From Candidatus Latescibacterota bacterium (GTDB lineage Bacteria > Latescibacterota > UBA2968 > GCA-2709665): 64,000 bases of DNA. The notes beneath the pieces were generated by a model that saw only the letters and a program-made list of their open reading frames with translations, made no database searches and was not told the DNA's origin. Positions 1-9,871 of the stretch are shown here, in pieces. The DNA is taken from the NCBI GenBank assembly GCA_965219455.1, contig OZ244744.1, forward strand, positions 3,904,001 to 3,968,000. The letters are read 5' to 3'. The position numbers and the translations under genes are program-made. The number at the start of each line of letters is the position of its first letter. Within the stretch, counting starts at the first letter, position 1.

Positions 1-2317
1 CTTCGTAGACCGCCCGCTCCCTGGCATCGTGCAGCGCATCGAATTCCGGCCGTATAAAGCCGATTCGTAAGGCCTTCATATCCGGGATCGCGGGCCAGTT
101 GAACGGCGCGTCCACCACGGAACGGTCTCTCCCGTCCGGCCCGTGGATGGCGCTGAACACGGCCGCGCAATCTTCAACGCCGCGGCACATCGGACCCAGT
201 TTGTCCATGGTCCAGGCCAGCGCCATCGCGCCGTATCGGCTCACGCGGCCGTACGTCGGCCGCAGCCCCGCCACCCCGCAGGTATGGCTCGGCGAAACGA
301 TGGATCCCTGGGTCTCCGAGCCGATGCTGAACCCCACGAGGCCGGCGGCGGTCGCGGCGCCCGGGCCGGCCGATGACCCGCTGGACTGAGTCTCAACATC
401 CCATGGATTCCGTGTCATTCCGCCGAACCAGTGCGCCCCCATCGCAAGCGCTCCGGTTGAGAGCTTGGCCACCAGGACCGCGCCCGCTTCCCGAAGCCGT
501 TCCACTACGGCCGCGTCGGTTTCACCGGTCTGTTTCTTGAAGGGGGTGGCGCCCCACGTGGTCCGGATTCCCTTTGTAGCCAGCAGGTCCTTGGCGCCCC
601 AGGGGATTCCGTGCAGCGGCCCACGGTAATTCCCGGCCATGATCTCCGCCTCCGCGGCCTTCGCCTGCGCTATTGCCAGTTCTTCGGTGAGCGAAACCAC
701 GCAATGCAATTTCTCGCCGAAGGCTTCCAGACGGTCCAGGTAGAGCCGGGTGAGTTCAACGGGCGATACGTCCCGGGTTTCCACAAGGCGGGCCAGGGCG
801 CTCACCGGGAGGAAAGCCAGATCGTCCGTGGATGGGGGCCGTTCGACCTCGGAGGCATGTAGCCGGAACGCCCGCTGTTGTCCGGACGGGGGCGGTTTTA
901 CGCCGGGCAGGAATATCGACGCCGGGGACACGTCGTAGCCCACGTCGACCTCGCGAAGTTCCCGGTACCGGAGTCGATATTGCTCGACGTCCCGCCGCAT
1001 TTTCCCGCGCTGCTCTTCGGTAAATCGGATTCCGCTGAGCCGTTCCGACCCCTCGATCCGTGCGTCTACGACACTTGCTTCCACGTCCGCGATATCGACC
1101 AGCGATACGTGTCGAATCTCCGTATCGATATCCGGGCTGCACCCCTCGCCGATATGTCCATGGGTATAGACAAGACGCGGAACGTCAACCCGGTTGTGTC
1201 CCGTTTGCCGTTCCAGGCTGGGCAACCAGTTCGATACGTCCGGCTCGTTCGAAGATACCCGGTAGCCGGTAAACGTCTCCCCGTCGTCGCGCGACGTAAA
1301 CAGCGCGATCTCGTTACTGGAATCCGCCCAACCGCCGCCTTGTTGACAGACGACGCCGGCTGCGTAGATGACGCCGTCGTCGGCAATGCTGAGCGCGCAA
1401 ACATCGGACATTTCGCAGGGGCCATAGAGCCGCTCTGCCTCGGGCATCAGCGAAACGACCCTCCAGCCACTCTTGCCCCAGGCGTAAAAATACGTCTCCG
1501 CCGCGTCGCCCTCCCGGCGATTCAGCGTAAAGCAGGGTGCTCCCCGGCTTTTGGATACCACGTTGCCCATACGGACGTCCAGGCCTTCGTCGAACTCGAT
1601 AACGCATGGGGAGGCCGGCGTCGCGGGCAGGCACAACGCATTCCCGTCCATGGTTTCCCAATTCCCGCCTCCGTCGCGGGAACGCATCACGCCGAAGCCC
1701 CTGCCTCTTGTTTCGCTGTAATCCGCTTCCGTGGCCCGTACGATATGATAGGCCAGAACCAGCGTTCCGCTCTTGTCGATGTGAATCGCGTTTTCGAATT
1801 GGGTATACGCAGGCGGTCCTTCCGGATCCACGAGCCTGGCCGGATCCGTCCATTGGCCGTCTTTTGCCTTTTTCTGATATACCAGCGACCACGGCCGTTC
1901 TTCGGTGTGAGACCCCCGGTAACAGGCGTGCAACGTATCGTCCTCGTCGCACACCAGGCTCGGATAGGTGGCCGTTTGCCCTCCGAACGAGGGTTGTTCC
2001 ACCCACGAGGTTGCGGTATTGGGGCGTCTGCTCACCACGTGCCGGATCGGATTGTGATGAGGACCGAATACCAGATGCAGGTATCCCCGGGAATCCATCG
2101 CAAACGCCGCCCCGGCGTGGTTGTCGTCCCCGGTTCCGACGTAGACCGGTCTGCCCCAGCGCCCGGACCGGTGATGGTAGGTCCGCACGTAGATCTTGCA
2201 GATCTGATCAAGCCACGCAACGTGGGTCTTTCCCGCGTGGGTCAGGATCTTGTTGCTCATCGTGTACGCGGTTCCCCGCGTTGAACCCGTTATGGAGAGT
2301 ACCTTGTGTTTCATCAT
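1..2317 (-). CDS. BNR-4 repeat beta-propeller domain fused to an amidase-signature family amidase (3' end runs off the window)
   Basis: Absent from the ORF track because it is open to the edge. I read the frame by hand and found no stop from ATG 2317 to base 1. N-terminal part: MMKHKVLSITGSTRGTAYTMSNKILTHAGKTHVAWLDQ, DNHAGAAFAMDSRGYLHLVFGPHH, WLPSLER. C-terminal part has the amidase signature: GPLHGIPWGAKDL, GSSAGPG, GSETQGSIVSPS, GLRPTYGRVSRYG. Confidence 0.88.
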   Translation of the reverse strand, partial: MMKHKVLSITGSTRGTAYTMSNKILTHAGKTHVAWLDQICKIYVRTYHHRSGRWGRPVYVGTGDDNHAGAAFAMDSRGYLHLVFGPHHNPIRHVVSRRPNTATSWVEQPSFGGQTATYPSLVCDEDDTLHACYRGSHTEERPWSLVYQKKAKDGQWTDPARLVDPEGPPAYTQFENAIHIDKSGTLVLAYHIVRATEADYSETRGRGFGVMRSRDGGGNWETMDGNALCLPATPASPCVIEFDEGLDVRMGNVVSKSRGAPCFTLNRREGDAAETYFYAWGKSGWRVVSLMPEAERLYGPCEMSDVCALSIADDGVIYAAGVVCQQGGGWADSSNEIALFTSRDDGETFTGYRVSSNEPDVSNWLPSLERQTGHNRVDVPRLVYTHGHIGEGCSPDIDTEIRHVSLVDIADVEASVVDARIEGSERLSGIRFTEEQRGKMRRDVEQYRLRYRELREVDVGYDVSPASIFLPGVKPPPSGQQRAFRLHASEVERPPSTDDLAFLPVSALARLVETRDVSPVELTRLYLDRLEAFGEKLHCVVSLTEELAIAQAKAAEAEIMAGNYRGPLHGIPWGAKDLLATKGIRTTWGATPFKKQTGETDAAVVERLREAGAVLVAKLSTGALAMGAHWFGGMTRNPWDVETQSSGSSAGPGAATAAGLVGFSIGSETQGSIVSPSHTCGVAGLRPTYGRVSRYGAMALAWTMDKLGPMCRGVEDCAAVFSAIHGPDGRDRSVVDAPFNWPAIPDMKALRIGFIRPEFDALHDARERAVYE

Positions 2318-2335
2318 TCCCGATCGTCTCACGCC

Positions 2336-3031
2336 TTACGCGTCCACGTCGATTCTTGTCACCCATCCCGACGTCGCGTCGCAATAGAGAAATCCCGCCT
2401 GGAATGAGGAAAGCCCGTGCGGCTCCGGGTCTGTGGGGGGAACGTCGATCCGATCCATTATGGATCCGGTTTCCACGTCGAGTTTCACGATGGTCCGCTC
2501 CGACGTGTGTACAACCCACACCCCGTCCTCCACGCGCACGACGCCATGCGCCCGTCCGTACGGGAGGGGAATCACCCGCTGAACGGACCAGTCCGAGATC
2601 CGCACCTGGGTCAGCGTCTGGTCCTTCAACGTGGTCAGCCACATCGTTCCCGTTTCATACGAATCGTATTCCAGCCCGTGCGTTCCGCCGCCGCCCGGCA
2701 ACGGCCATCGTCCCCGGGTTTTTCCGGTCTCGGGATCCACGCGCAGGATCTCGCCCGACGCCGCATCGGCGTCACGAGCCGTACGCCACTTCTCCGCCGG
2801 ACCGTTGGCCGCCAGCCAGAGCGATCCGTCGCCCCAGGCGAGCCCGCTCGTGTTGGACGACTCGGTCGACACTTCAGACCGCATCCGCAGCATCCCGTAC
2901 TCGTCCTCCCCCGATACCTCCAATAACGCGGCGCGATCCGTTACCTGGTCGACTACCCAGATGCCGTCGTCGGTTACCTGCACCCCGTTCGGCATAGCGT
3001 ATGGCGCTCTGAACCAGCGTTCGATTTTCAT
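2336..3031 (-). CDS. Vgb/glutaminyl-cyclase-like beta-propeller protein
   Basis: Repeated blade motifs PNGVQVTDDGIWVVD, TSGLAWGDGSLW, THGLEYD, AHGVVRVEDGVWV, PHGLS. Start chosen at MKIERW; the track extends the ORF to 3142. Confidence 0.7.
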   Translation of the reverse strand: MKIERWFRAPYAMPNGVQVTDDGIWVVDQVTDRAALLEVSGEDEYGMLRMRSEVSTESSNTSGLAWGDGSLWLAANGPAEKWRTARDADAASGEILRVDPETGKTRGRWPLPGGGGTHGLEYDSYETGTMWLTTLKDQTLTQVRISDWSVQRVIPLPYGRAHGVVRVEDGVWVVHTSERTIVKLDVETGSIMDRIDVPPTDPEPHGLSSFQAGFLYCDATSGWVTRIDVDA

Positions 3032-3155
3032 TCCCATGGCAAATGTCTCTCCCACGTGCGCCTTGGCCGAGCAGGCGTCCGATAGTTTGCGCATTCCACC
3101 GGGCGGCGCCGGTCCCGCAAGCACGACGGCCCCGGCGGGCACCCAAGGATCGCCA

Positions 3156-4253
3156 TCACGCGACTCGCCGTCCTACGGCCTCGAACAGCCGGTACTCCAC
3201 CCACGCGTGCTCGCAGCAAGGCCCCCGGGAAAACCACACACGCCCATTCGACGGTTCCAGCACAATGCCGCATATTGTCTGCCCGCATCCGGCCACGCTG
3301 TGCCTGCAGATCGAGACGGGACTGTTGACGTGGTCTCTCAGCGCGGACTTGATCGTCTCCGCATCGGGGTCTGCCGATCCCCGCAGGAGCCGCGTGGCCC
3401 GGCCCCATCGCGCGAGGCTCTGTCCTCGCTGATCGTAAGCCCGAGCTTCCAGCGGCTTGAGGCGGTCGGCCAGATAGTGATTCGAGTGAGCCATCGGCCC
3501 GTCGAACGGACAGGTGGCCTCGTAGTCCGCTGCCGTGGTTTCCAGGTTGTAAATTTCACCATTCCGGTCGCACAGGACATAATTCATCCCGGATGCACGT
3601 CGGGAGGAGACCACCGCGTCAATTGCGTCTCCGATCTGTACGGCGGACAGGATCCGTCGAATGACGAATGGGTACGGGACGCCTGGGCCGGCGTCTGTGG
3701 GGACGAGGTTGTTGATCACCACGCCGATGCCTTCGCTGTTCATGCCGGCGCACCCCAGCATCCCCGCCGTCGTGTAAATCAGCGCGTCCGGGCCCTCACC
3801 GGTGATTTTCAATAGCGCCGCCGACGCCTGGAAAATTTCCGCCAGGTCGTAATTCTGCCCGATGGCGGCCCTCACTCCACCCCCACTGTCCGGTACCATC
3901 AACGTCGTACAACCCGCCTCCGCGAAGGTCGGAGACAGGTAGTCGAATATGTCCAGGAACCCGTTCAGCGCCAGGATTTCCTCGTAAGGAACGCCTGCCC
4001 CCATTGCAATTCCCCTTGCTTCGTCCACCAGGTCCGTAGCGTACGCTTCCGCGGGCTTCGCGTAGGTCCGGGTGATCTCAAGTACCCTTGTTTTGCTCAA
4101 CACAGGTACGAGATGTTCGCGGCTCAGGCGCTCCAAATATGCGAAATAGACCGGCAGCAGCGCACATATCTTCTCCCGGAACGCCTCTCCGTGCGCCTGC
4201 CCGCGATTCACGGGCGATCCCGATACCTCGAGGAGCGGAAATCCGTCGTTCAT
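3156..4253 (-). CDS. C45 family autoproteolytic acyltransferase/peptidase (Ntn hydrolase)
   Basis: RGQAHGE N-terminus, G-C-T-T nucleophile site, GQNYD, GMNSEG, HSNHY. Confidence 0.85.
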   Translation of the reverse strand: MNDGFPLLEVSGSPVNRGQAHGEAFREKICALLPVYFAYLERLSREHLVPVLSKTRVLEITRTYAKPAEAYATDLVDEARGIAMGAGVPYEEILALNGFLDIFDYLSPTFAEAGCTTLMVPDSGGGVRAAIGQNYDLAEIFQASAALLKITGEGPDALIYTTAGMLGCAGMNSEGIGVVINNLVPTDAGPGVPYPFVIRRILSAVQIGDAIDAVVSSRRASGMNYVLCDRNGEIYNLETTAADYEATCPFDGPMAHSNHYLADRLKPLEARAYDQRGQSLARWGRATRLLRGSADPDAETIKSALRDHVNSPVSICRHSVAGCGQTICGIVLEPSNGRVWFSRGPCCEHAWVEYRLFEAVGRRVA

Positions 4254-4302
4254 TGTTTTTCTCCTTCATCGTGCGGACGGCGGTGGATATGCGGCGACTG
4301 AC

Positions 4303-5718
4303 TCAAGACTGACCTACCGATGTTTCCTTGTTTTCCCCTGCATCCCGCGCCTGCAGTTTCTTTGCCGTTTTCGACGAACCGATGTAGAGGGCGTTGGAGG
4401 CCGCTTCGGAACTGGGAAATGGCCCTTCGTGCCGGGTGCCGTGCCACTGCAAATTGGTATACATCGGATTCGTCAGGCCCGTTTCCGCCTCTCGTTTCGC
4501 AATCCACGCGTCCATGCGGTTTCGCAGCATCCGCGCCACCCCGGGTTCCTTTTCTGCAAGATTCACGTTCTCGTCCGGGTCCTCCACCAGGTTGTACAGT
4601 TCCACCTCGGGTTTCCCGTGGAAATCGGGCTCCAGGGCCACAATCAACTTCCATTCGGGGGTGCGCCACCCGTGCTTGCGCATCCAGGTGGCTTCCGTAA
4701 TGTAGAATTCGGACCGGTTCGATGCCCGCGTTCCCTGAATCAGCGGCAACATGCTCGCCCCGTCAAACGCGATCTTTGATTCCATCCCCAGAAACTCCAA
4801 TAGGGTTGGAACGAGATCGGGGTGGCTGGTATATCCCGGAACCCGCAGCCCTTCAGGCAACACGCCGGGCAGGCGTAGAATCAGCGGCACGTGCAGGATG
4901 CAATCGTACATCCCGTGATGATCGAAATAACAATCGTGATCGGCCAGCGTCTCTCCGTGGTCTCCGTTGAATACGACCAGTGTATCTTCGGCCAGACCCA
5001 GTTCCTCCAGGCGCGTGAGGATGCGCTGGATGCAGGCATCCATATACGCGACTTCGCCGTCGTACTGTGCGATTACATAGTCCGCGTCGGTGATGCCTGG
5101 CGGCATCCAGCTGAGATGAAAGTCCCGAAACGGTTTGAAATTCCGCACCGGATCCATTGAAGTTCTGGTCGGGTCGCACGGGTCGCGGCTGTAGAACATC
5201 GTATCGTACGGCGACGGCGGCAGGTACGGCGCGTGGGGATCCATGTGCCGCAGAAACAGGAAGAAGGGCTCGTCAGCCGCCGCAAGGCGCTCCAGTTCCG
5301 GAATCGCAACGTCGTTCAGCCACTCGGCTTTGCGCAGGGGTCGCTGGTCCCAGGACCCCCACGCCTCGTAGTTCAGGTATCTGTCGAACCCCCGAGAACT
5401 GGGGTTGCCCGTGAAACCGACACAGGTGGTATCGTAACCCGCGTCCCGCAGAATCTCGGGCAGACTGGCCACCTCCGGCCTCAAGCCGCCCTGGTGGCGT
5501 AGCGCCACGACCTGGGTTGAAAAACAATCCAGGCCCGTCAGCATCGATGCATAGGCCGACGTTGTTGGAATATGCGGGCTGTAATTTTTCTCGAACAACA
5601 CCCCCTGCGCGGCCAGCCTATCCGCGTAGGGGGTTGTCAGCCGTTCGTAACCGTAACAGCTCATATGGGCCGCCCACAGGCTGTCAACGCCGAAAAACAA
5701 CAGATTGCATTTTCTCAC
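4303..5718 (-). CDS. Sulfatase-like hydrolase (alkaline phosphatase superfamily), Thr at nucleophile position
   Basis: GVDSL, TPYADRLA, PTTSAYASMLTG, DPHAPY, YDGEVAYMD, GDHGE, ELYNLVEDPDE. Confidence 0.88.
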   Translation of the reverse strand: MRKCNLLFFGVDSLWAAHMSCYGYERLTTPYADRLAAQGVLFEKNYSPHIPTTSAYASMLTGLDCFSTQVVALRHQGGLRPEVASLPEILRDAGYDTTCVGFTGNPSSRGFDRYLNYEAWGSWDQRPLRKAEWLNDVAIPELERLAAADEPFFLFLRHMDPHAPYLPPSPYDTMFYSRDPCDPTRTSMDPVRNFKPFRDFHLSWMPPGITDADYVIAQYDGEVAYMDACIQRILTRLEELGLAEDTLVVFNGDHGETLADHDCYFDHHGMYDCILHVPLILRLPGVLPEGLRVPGYTSHPDLVPTLLEFLGMESKIAFDGASMLPLIQGTRASNRSEFYITEATWMRKHGWRTPEWKLIVALEPDFHGKPEVELYNLVEDPDENVNLAEKEPGVARMLRNRMDAWIAKREAETGLTNPMYTNLQWHGTRHEGPFPSSEAASNALYIGSSKTAKKLQARDAGENKETSVGQS

Positions 5719-5799
5719 GGTCCTGGAACCCTTTCCGTTTCTGCGAAGAACGGGCCATGGGGATAGGGTAATCCCCCGGTCCCGTCGCCCTGCGAGGAC

Positions 5800-6894
5800 T
5801 CATCCATTCGCCAGAGGGAGTTTCACCGGCTGTCCGGTTTCGTAACACTGCAGTGCCGCAAACGCGATCTCATGCGTTACAATCGCATCGTCCAGGTTGC
5901 AGTGCGATTCGGTGTCTGACTGTATGCATTCCACGAAATGATCCATCTGTCCCTGGAACGGGTGGTGGGACACATCCGCGCTATCCGGCAGAATAGCGGG
6001 GATTTCCACCCAGTCGTTCTGTCCCGGATACTTGTGTGACCAGACCTTGTTGTCCTTTACCGTCCCTTTGCTGCCGAAAATCTCCAAGGGGAACGTATAC
6101 GGCATGATGCACCCGTAGTTCACGGAGACTTTTCCGACGGCGCCGTTGGAGAACTTCACCAGGGCAACTTCCAGGTCGTCGTATTCCAGGGGCAGCCCGT
6201 CGACCCACTTGTTGGCCAGGTAGTCGAATTCCTTCTTGAGTCCCTTCCGATAGCCACCCGAATACGCAAAGACCTCCACGGGTTCGGCCGCCTCGAACTC
6301 ACCCCGGGCGGCGAACCAGCGCAGCGAGTCGATCGCGTGGCAGCCGCCGGTCAGGAAGGCGCTTACGCCCGTGCTTGTTTTTCTGGCCTCGTCCCAGCCC
6401 GTCCACCAGCTTGCGATATCGTGCTGGTAGTCCGTCTCCACGTAGAAGACGTCTCCCAGGGCATCGTCGGCAACCATGGCCTTGACCGTTTCGAACAGCG
6501 GATTCCAGCGCAGCACGAAACTCACCACCGTCCGCACGCCTACCTTGTGCACGGCCTCGCGCATCGCCCTCATCTCGTCCGGACTGTTGGCAATCGGCTT
6601 CTCGATGACGATGTGTTTCCCGGCCTCCGCGGCGGCGATGGTATTCCCGGCGTGAAAGCGCTGTGGGGTGCATACGCACACGATGTCCACCCCGTCGTGC
6701 GACAGGGCCTGCTCATAGTTGTCGTACAGCCCGACGTTCTCCAGGCCGGCCTCTTCGGCCCGCGCTCGAGCGCTCGACAGTTTCCGGCTGGATACCGCCA
6801 CCACCTCTGTATGCGGATTCTTGGTATAGGCCATGACGTGCTGCGTGGAAACCCAGCCCGCGCCATGAACCAGAACCCCCAGTTTATCGGCCAT
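5800..6894 (-). CDS. Gfo/Idh/MocA family oxidoreductase
   Basis: GAGWVS Rossmann motif, AGKHIVIEKP, GCHAID. Confidence 0.9.
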   Translation of the reverse strand: MADKLGVLVHGAGWVSTQHVMAYTKNPHTEVVAVSSRKLSSARARAEEAGLENVGLYDNYEQALSHDGVDIVCVCTPQRFHAGNTIAAAEAGKHIVIEKPIANSPDEMRAMREAVHKVGVRTVVSFVLRWNPLFETVKAMVADDALGDVFYVETDYQHDIASWWTGWDEARKTSTGVSAFLTGGCHAIDSLRWFAARGEFEAAEPVEVFAYSGGYRKGLKKEFDYLANKWVDGLPLEYDDLEVALVKFSNGAVGKVSVNYGCIMPYTFPLEIFGSKGTVKDNKVWSHKYPGQNDWVEIPAILPDSADVSHHPFQGQMDHFVECIQSDTESHCNLDDAIVTHEIAFAALQCYETGQPVKLPLANG

Positions 6895-6924
6895 TTCAAA
6901 CCTCCTTGGAGTGTTTATTGAGCG

Positions 6925-6958
6925 GCGGGTAACCGGGCATCTTTTTGGAGTTACCCGC
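6925..6958. terminator. Intergenic hairpin (possible terminator or mRNA stabiliser)
   Basis: GCGGGTAAC...GTTACCCGC inverted repeat between two same-strand genes. Confidence 0.35.
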
Positions 6959-6973
6959 GACCCGGCATTTCGA

Positions 6974-8404
6974 CTACAACCGTGACTGATCGAATAGCGG
7001 TACGTGGGACAACGCCGCGTCGCCCACTTCCAGTGAACCTCCCGTCACCGGTCTGTTCTTCTCAATATACGCCATCAGCAGGTCGTGGTATGCCGACGCC
7101 ACGTCCGGATGGTCTTTCACCACGTTGTTCAATTCCTTGGGATCCGAGTTCAGATCGTACAGCTCCGGCGGCGACAGCGCCGGCTGATTTCCGTCCGCCG
7201 CCCTGGGGTCGTTTTTCACCCAGGGCGTCTGATAATTCCAGTTCCGGCCGCGTATGCCGGCGTAGTTTCCGAATGCGGTAATCACGTGTCCCCGCCCGTC
7301 GTCCTTATCACCCCTCACGTACGACCAGAGATCCTCTCCCAGGCAGCGATCCGGCGAATCGATGTCAATCAGCCCCAGAAGCGTGGGCATCAGGTCCTGG
7401 TGTTGCACGAAGGCATCCACGACGCTTCCGCCAAAGGCGTCCACGTTCGGATGCCGGATGATGAGAGGCACCTGGGTGCATTGCCAGCGGAGCCGGTCGG
7501 GACCCTTATGGAGTTGTCCCTGTTCTCCCATCATCGTGCCGTGATCGGAGAGGAAGACGATGATTGAATTGTCCAGTAGCCCGAGTTTCTCCGCGGTCTC
7601 CATCAGCCGGCCGAACCACCGGTCGATCAACGCGCACAGACCCCGGTAGTGCGCCCGCACCCGATGCACCTGGTTCTCGCTCATCCCGTCGGTGATGGCC
7701 GGAGGAAATATCCACTCCACGCCGTCGTGGTCGTCCCCCTCGTAATGCTGTTCCACCAGTTCGGGCGGCGCAAACCACGGTTCGTGCGGAAAGAAGCACT
7801 CCAGCCAGAGCATGAACGGCTGCTGGCCGGCATTCTCTCTTAAGAAATCGATGCCCTTCCGAAGCACCCGCACGCTGCACCAATCGGTCTCGTCTTTCCA
7901 ATCCCGGCTGTTCATCAGAAACTGCGTCAGCACCGGAGTGGCCCGTCCCGTGGGATCGAACCTTTCAACGGGCACGGCGCTTCGCGGCCCTGCCACCAGG
8001 TAGTCCATTTCCTGGCCGCGTTCCCAGTTGAACTGAACGAACCCCCGGTGGAAGTTCTTGCCGGGTTTGAACTGGTGCGGCAGATCGCTGATCAACCCCG
8101 TGACGTAACCGCGTTCGACCAGCCACTCCGCCAGCGTCACGTCCTCGTAGAACAGCGGATGCCATCCGGGAAGCTGCACGCGGTCCCCCTTCTGCGGCGC
8201 CCACAGAAAGGGGAAAATAGGCCGCCCGGTATAGAGCACCCGGCGCGCGGGCAGCGTGGGCGTGCCCTCGCCGAACGCCGAATTGAACCGCACGCCCTCT
8301 GCCGCCAGGCGGTCGATATTGGGCGTCTTGACCGGCGAGTCATCCCGGTAACAACTCAGATGATCCACTCGGAACGTGTCGCTGCACAGTACAATCAGAT
8401 TCAC
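6974..8404 (-). CDS. Sulfatase-like hydrolase with TxPxR motif
   Basis: GTG start (VNLIVLCSDTFRVD) after GAGG; TPNIDRLA, PTLPARRVLYTG, PHEPW, SDHG, ELYDLNSDPKE. The track's extension to 8665 overlaps the next gene. Confidence 0.88.
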   Translation of the reverse strand: MNLIVLCSDTFRVDHLSCYRDDSPVKTPNIDRLAAEGVRFNSAFGEGTPTLPARRVLYTGRPIFPFLWAPQKGDRVQLPGWHPLFYEDVTLAEWLVERGYVTGLISDLPHQFKPGKNFHRGFVQFNWERGQEMDYLVAGPRSAVPVERFDPTGRATPVLTQFLMNSRDWKDETDWCSVRVLRKGIDFLRENAGQQPFMLWLECFFPHEPWFAPPELVEQHYEGDDHDGVEWIFPPAITDGMSENQVHRVRAHYRGLCALIDRWFGRLMETAEKLGLLDNSIIVFLSDHGTMMGEQGQLHKGPDRLRWQCTQVPLIIRHPNVDAFGGSVVDAFVQHQDLMPTLLGLIDIDSPDRCLGEDLWSYVRGDKDDGRGHVITAFGNYAGIRGRNWNYQTPWVKNDPRAADGNQPALSPPELYDLNSDPKELNNVVKDHPDVASAYHDLLMAYIEKNRPVTGGSLEVGDAALSHVPLFDQSRL

Positions 8405-8489
8405 CGAAACCTCAGTACGACTCGTGAGGAGAGAAGAGAAAAGGCGCCTGGCGGACGGCACCCGGCGCACGTCAGGCTTTCTTGGGCGT

Positions 8490-9092
8490 TCAGTCGAGAA
8501 CGTTCTGGCCGCCGTCGTCGAGGCTATTGGGACGCCGCCAATAGTTGAACTGGGGCGTCCATTCCTCTTCGCCGAGGCCCGCCAGGCCCAGCAGCGTCCA
8601 CATCGCGCAGTAGATGTCTCCGGGCCCGAATGCGCACGCGTTCTTGCGGAGAATGGCGTCGCCATCGCGCTGGTACACCACGGCGCCGGGGAAGTTGTCG
8701 TCCCCGTCCATCACGGACTGCTCCCGGATGTAGTTTCCACCGCCGTGGGAGGCCAGTTGAAACCGCCACCCGCGGGCGTTTGCGAAGCGGCGCTGGGTTT
8801 CCGGAGTGTCTTTCGAAAGCAGTACCACGGAGAGGACGGACTCCAGATGGGGGACCAGGCCGTTGAATCCGTCCGCCCAGAGCGTGCAATAACGGCAGCC
8901 CTGTCCCATGTTGTGGATAGCCAGCAGTCTGTCACCGTCGCCGAAGAGGTCGCGCAGCGTCGTCGTTCCCGACAGGGTGTCAAAAGTGTAATTGCGCACC
9001 GGCGTTCCCGGGCTGGCTTTTTGAAGGGCGTGGAGTTCCGCCATCAATTCGCCTATTTGCTGCTCCAGTTCTACGATTCTATCGCCCGACAT
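8490..9092 (-). CDS. DUF899 family thioredoxin-like protein
   Basis: LRDLFGDGDRLLAIHNMGQGCRYCTLWADG, FANARGWRF. Confidence 0.8.
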   Translation of the reverse strand: MSGDRIVELEQQIGELMAELHALQKASPGTPVRNYTFDTLSGTTTLRDLFGDGDRLLAIHNMGQGCRYCTLWADGFNGLVPHLESVLSVVLLSKDTPETQRRFANARGWRFQLASHGGGNYIREQSVMDGDDNFPGAVVYQRDGDAILRKNACAFGPGDIYCAMWTLLGLAGLGEEEWTPQFNYWRRPNSLDDGGQNVLD

Positions 9093-9394
9093 ATCCAGCC
9101 TTTAGCCTTAATGCGACAAAAACAGCAACGCGGTGCCGCGACGAAACCTTCCGAAACGGGCCGAAAAGGTCGTCCGGAAGGACATTTTTTCCGTTCACGT
9201 CCAGTGACCTGAAGTATCCTGGAAATCCGACGTCAAATCGCCTTTATTCACTTGCATATATTCGAATTAACGTCCCCGAAAAATTACGAATCAAGGTTAG
9301 CAATGGTCAAACGTCGATCCCGTCAACGTCCGATGCACCTGCTCATTGCGCCGGCGTCTTTCCGGATCCGGCAGATCAGCAAACGGGCCCTTAA

Positions 9395-9554
9395 CAGCCC
9401 GTTGAAAAAGCCCATCCGGGCTACGGCCGGCTCTCGTAGCCGATTTACTGCGTTGCGCTCCCTCGCCGAATCCGCCGAGTCTACTCGGTCGCGCGCCTTG
9501 TCTTCGGTCACGATAGCTCGGCCTCGCCTGCAGAGCGACTTTATCAACGGACTG
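9395..9554. mobile_element. MITE family A, copy 1 (IS5/IS1182-like ends)
   Basis: Terminal inverted repeats CAGCCCGTTGAAAAAG / CTTTATCAACGGACTG (14/16), flanked by a TTAA direct repeat (9391-9394, 9555-9558); close homolog at 13726-13886. Confidence 0.8.
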
Positions 9555-9562
9555 TTAACCTA

Positions 9563-9871
9563 ATGCCTGAGCCCAGACGCCGCAAGCGGAATAGATATCC
9601 TCGGAGCAAACAAACCGCTATTGGACAGCATCCGGTTCGCTTCCGCGAAGCAGCGCCTCGCCTAACGTTGCCTGAGTTTCACAGACTGCCTGTTTCAGGG
9701 GCTCAATGGGACCGGACCAGCACAATTATAGCCGCTGGAAAAGTTACTTTGTTCTTGGACAGTATTGACCCAAAGAAGGTAACCTGGATTGGCACTACGA
9801 AACGACTTTCATGAAAAACAGGTACTTACGCGTCCAAAATCGTCTTTTCCGAATTATCTTGGACAGCAGTG
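9563..9871 (+). mobile_element. IS4-family right-end remnant
   Basis: Three copies of TTGGACAG(C/T)A at 9621, 9755 and 9859. The same motif, and a following GG(T/C)AACCTGG(A/G)TTG, occur at the end of the IS4 remnant at 11772-11898. Confidence 0.55.

Noticed and set aside
878-2284. 468-aa plus-strand ORF (also 1606-2997 and 2631-3815)
   Set aside because: Antisense shadows of the BNR-amidase, propeller and C45 genes; no motifs
9252-9563. ORFs 9252-9563, 9323-9547 and 13685-14038 with mutually similar peptides
   Set aside because: The similarity comes from translating MITE family A, not from a protein family
9621-9871. Spaced TTGGACAG repeats as a CRISPR array
   Set aside because: Repeats are only about 10-14 bp with 100-130 bp spacing, there are no cas genes, and they match IS4 ends
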